Assembly: GCA_036336695.1 (NCBI GenBank)
Contig: JAYZFQ010000014.1
Coordinates: 3,585 to 67,584, forward strand
Direction of reading: 5' to 3'
Source: Myxococcota bacterium
GTDB lineage: Bacteria; Myxococcota_A; UBA9160; SMWR01
DNA: 64,000 nt
The translations under genes were made by a program, and so were the position numbers. The notes under the pieces are model-generated. The model had not been told where the DNA came from. It searched no databases and saw only the letters and a program-made list of their open reading frames with translations. Positions 63,875 through 64,000 of the stretch are shown piece after piece; position 1 is the stretch's first letter, and each line of letters begins with the position of its first letter.

Positions 63875-64000
63875 TCAGCCCCGCGGCTCGAGCCCGGCCG
63901 CCCGGTAGACGGCATCGATCACGCGCATGTTGGCCACACCGTGGGCAGCGTCGGTCGGCATCGGAACGCCTTCGCGCACCCAGCGCACGAAAGCGCGGAG
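63875..64000 (-). CDS. C-terminal 41 codons of a probable Gfo/Idh/MocA-family oxidoreductase (5' part outside the window)
   Basis: The minus-strand frame is open from the window edge to TGA at 63875-63877. Translation is LRAFVRWVREGVPMPTDAAHGVANMRVIDAVYRAAGLEPRG, which resembles the C-terminus of that family. Confidence 0.4.
   Translation of the reverse strand, partial: LRAFVRWVREGVPMPTDAAHGVANMRVIDAVYRAAGLEPRG

Noticed and set aside
1-64000. Search for CRISPR arrays, tRNA/rRNA genes, transposases, integrases, prophage or toxin-antitoxin pairs
   Set aside because: Reading the spacers showed no regularly spaced direct repeats and no cloverleaf-compatible intergenic sequence. The longest non-coding gaps are about 120-225 bp. 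No transposase, integrase or RT-like translation appears in any frame of the ORF track.

Overview
This is a GC-rich, densely packed stretch of bacterial chromosome; third codon positions are almost all G/C. I can support about 62 protein-coding genes. I found no rRNA, tRNA, CRISPR array, transposase or integrase. Most long ORFs in the track are antisense shadow ORFs or 5' over-extensions, so I trimmed starts using motifs, ribosome-binding sites and stop/start overlaps. Many starts are GTG or TTG and should be treated as provisional. Content is mostly housekeeping and accessory metabolism: ilvD, ltaE, nadE, aconitase, apaH, modABC and Mla lipid transport. Several loci deserve a second look:
- A bacterial histone-fold gene directly downstream of a Sir2 deacetylase.
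- A translationally coupled operon of a lipid-kinase-fold kinase, a Qng1/DUF2419 queuosine-salvage enzyme and a half-size permease.
- An operon of a putative diiron protein, an ABC1 kinase, CYP51 and a ferredoxin.
- An aldehyde:ferredoxin oxidoreductase island with MoaD, two MoeA paralogs (one fused to a binding-protein domain) and a Hanks kinase carrying four zinc ribbons.
- An exported cyclohexadienyl dehydratase / chorismate mutase fusion.
- A serine palmitoyltransferase-like gene beside mlaA/mlaC.
- An orphan Toprim-like protein.
- An unannotated 34-codon Arg/Lys-rich micro-ORF.
The lineage cannot be assigned from this window. The mix of PEP-CTERM, Hanks kinase, CYP51 and a bacterial histone is reminiscent of Myxococcota- or Bdellovibrionota-like GC-rich bacteria. 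All functional calls rest on motifs I read in the translations; no database search was run.
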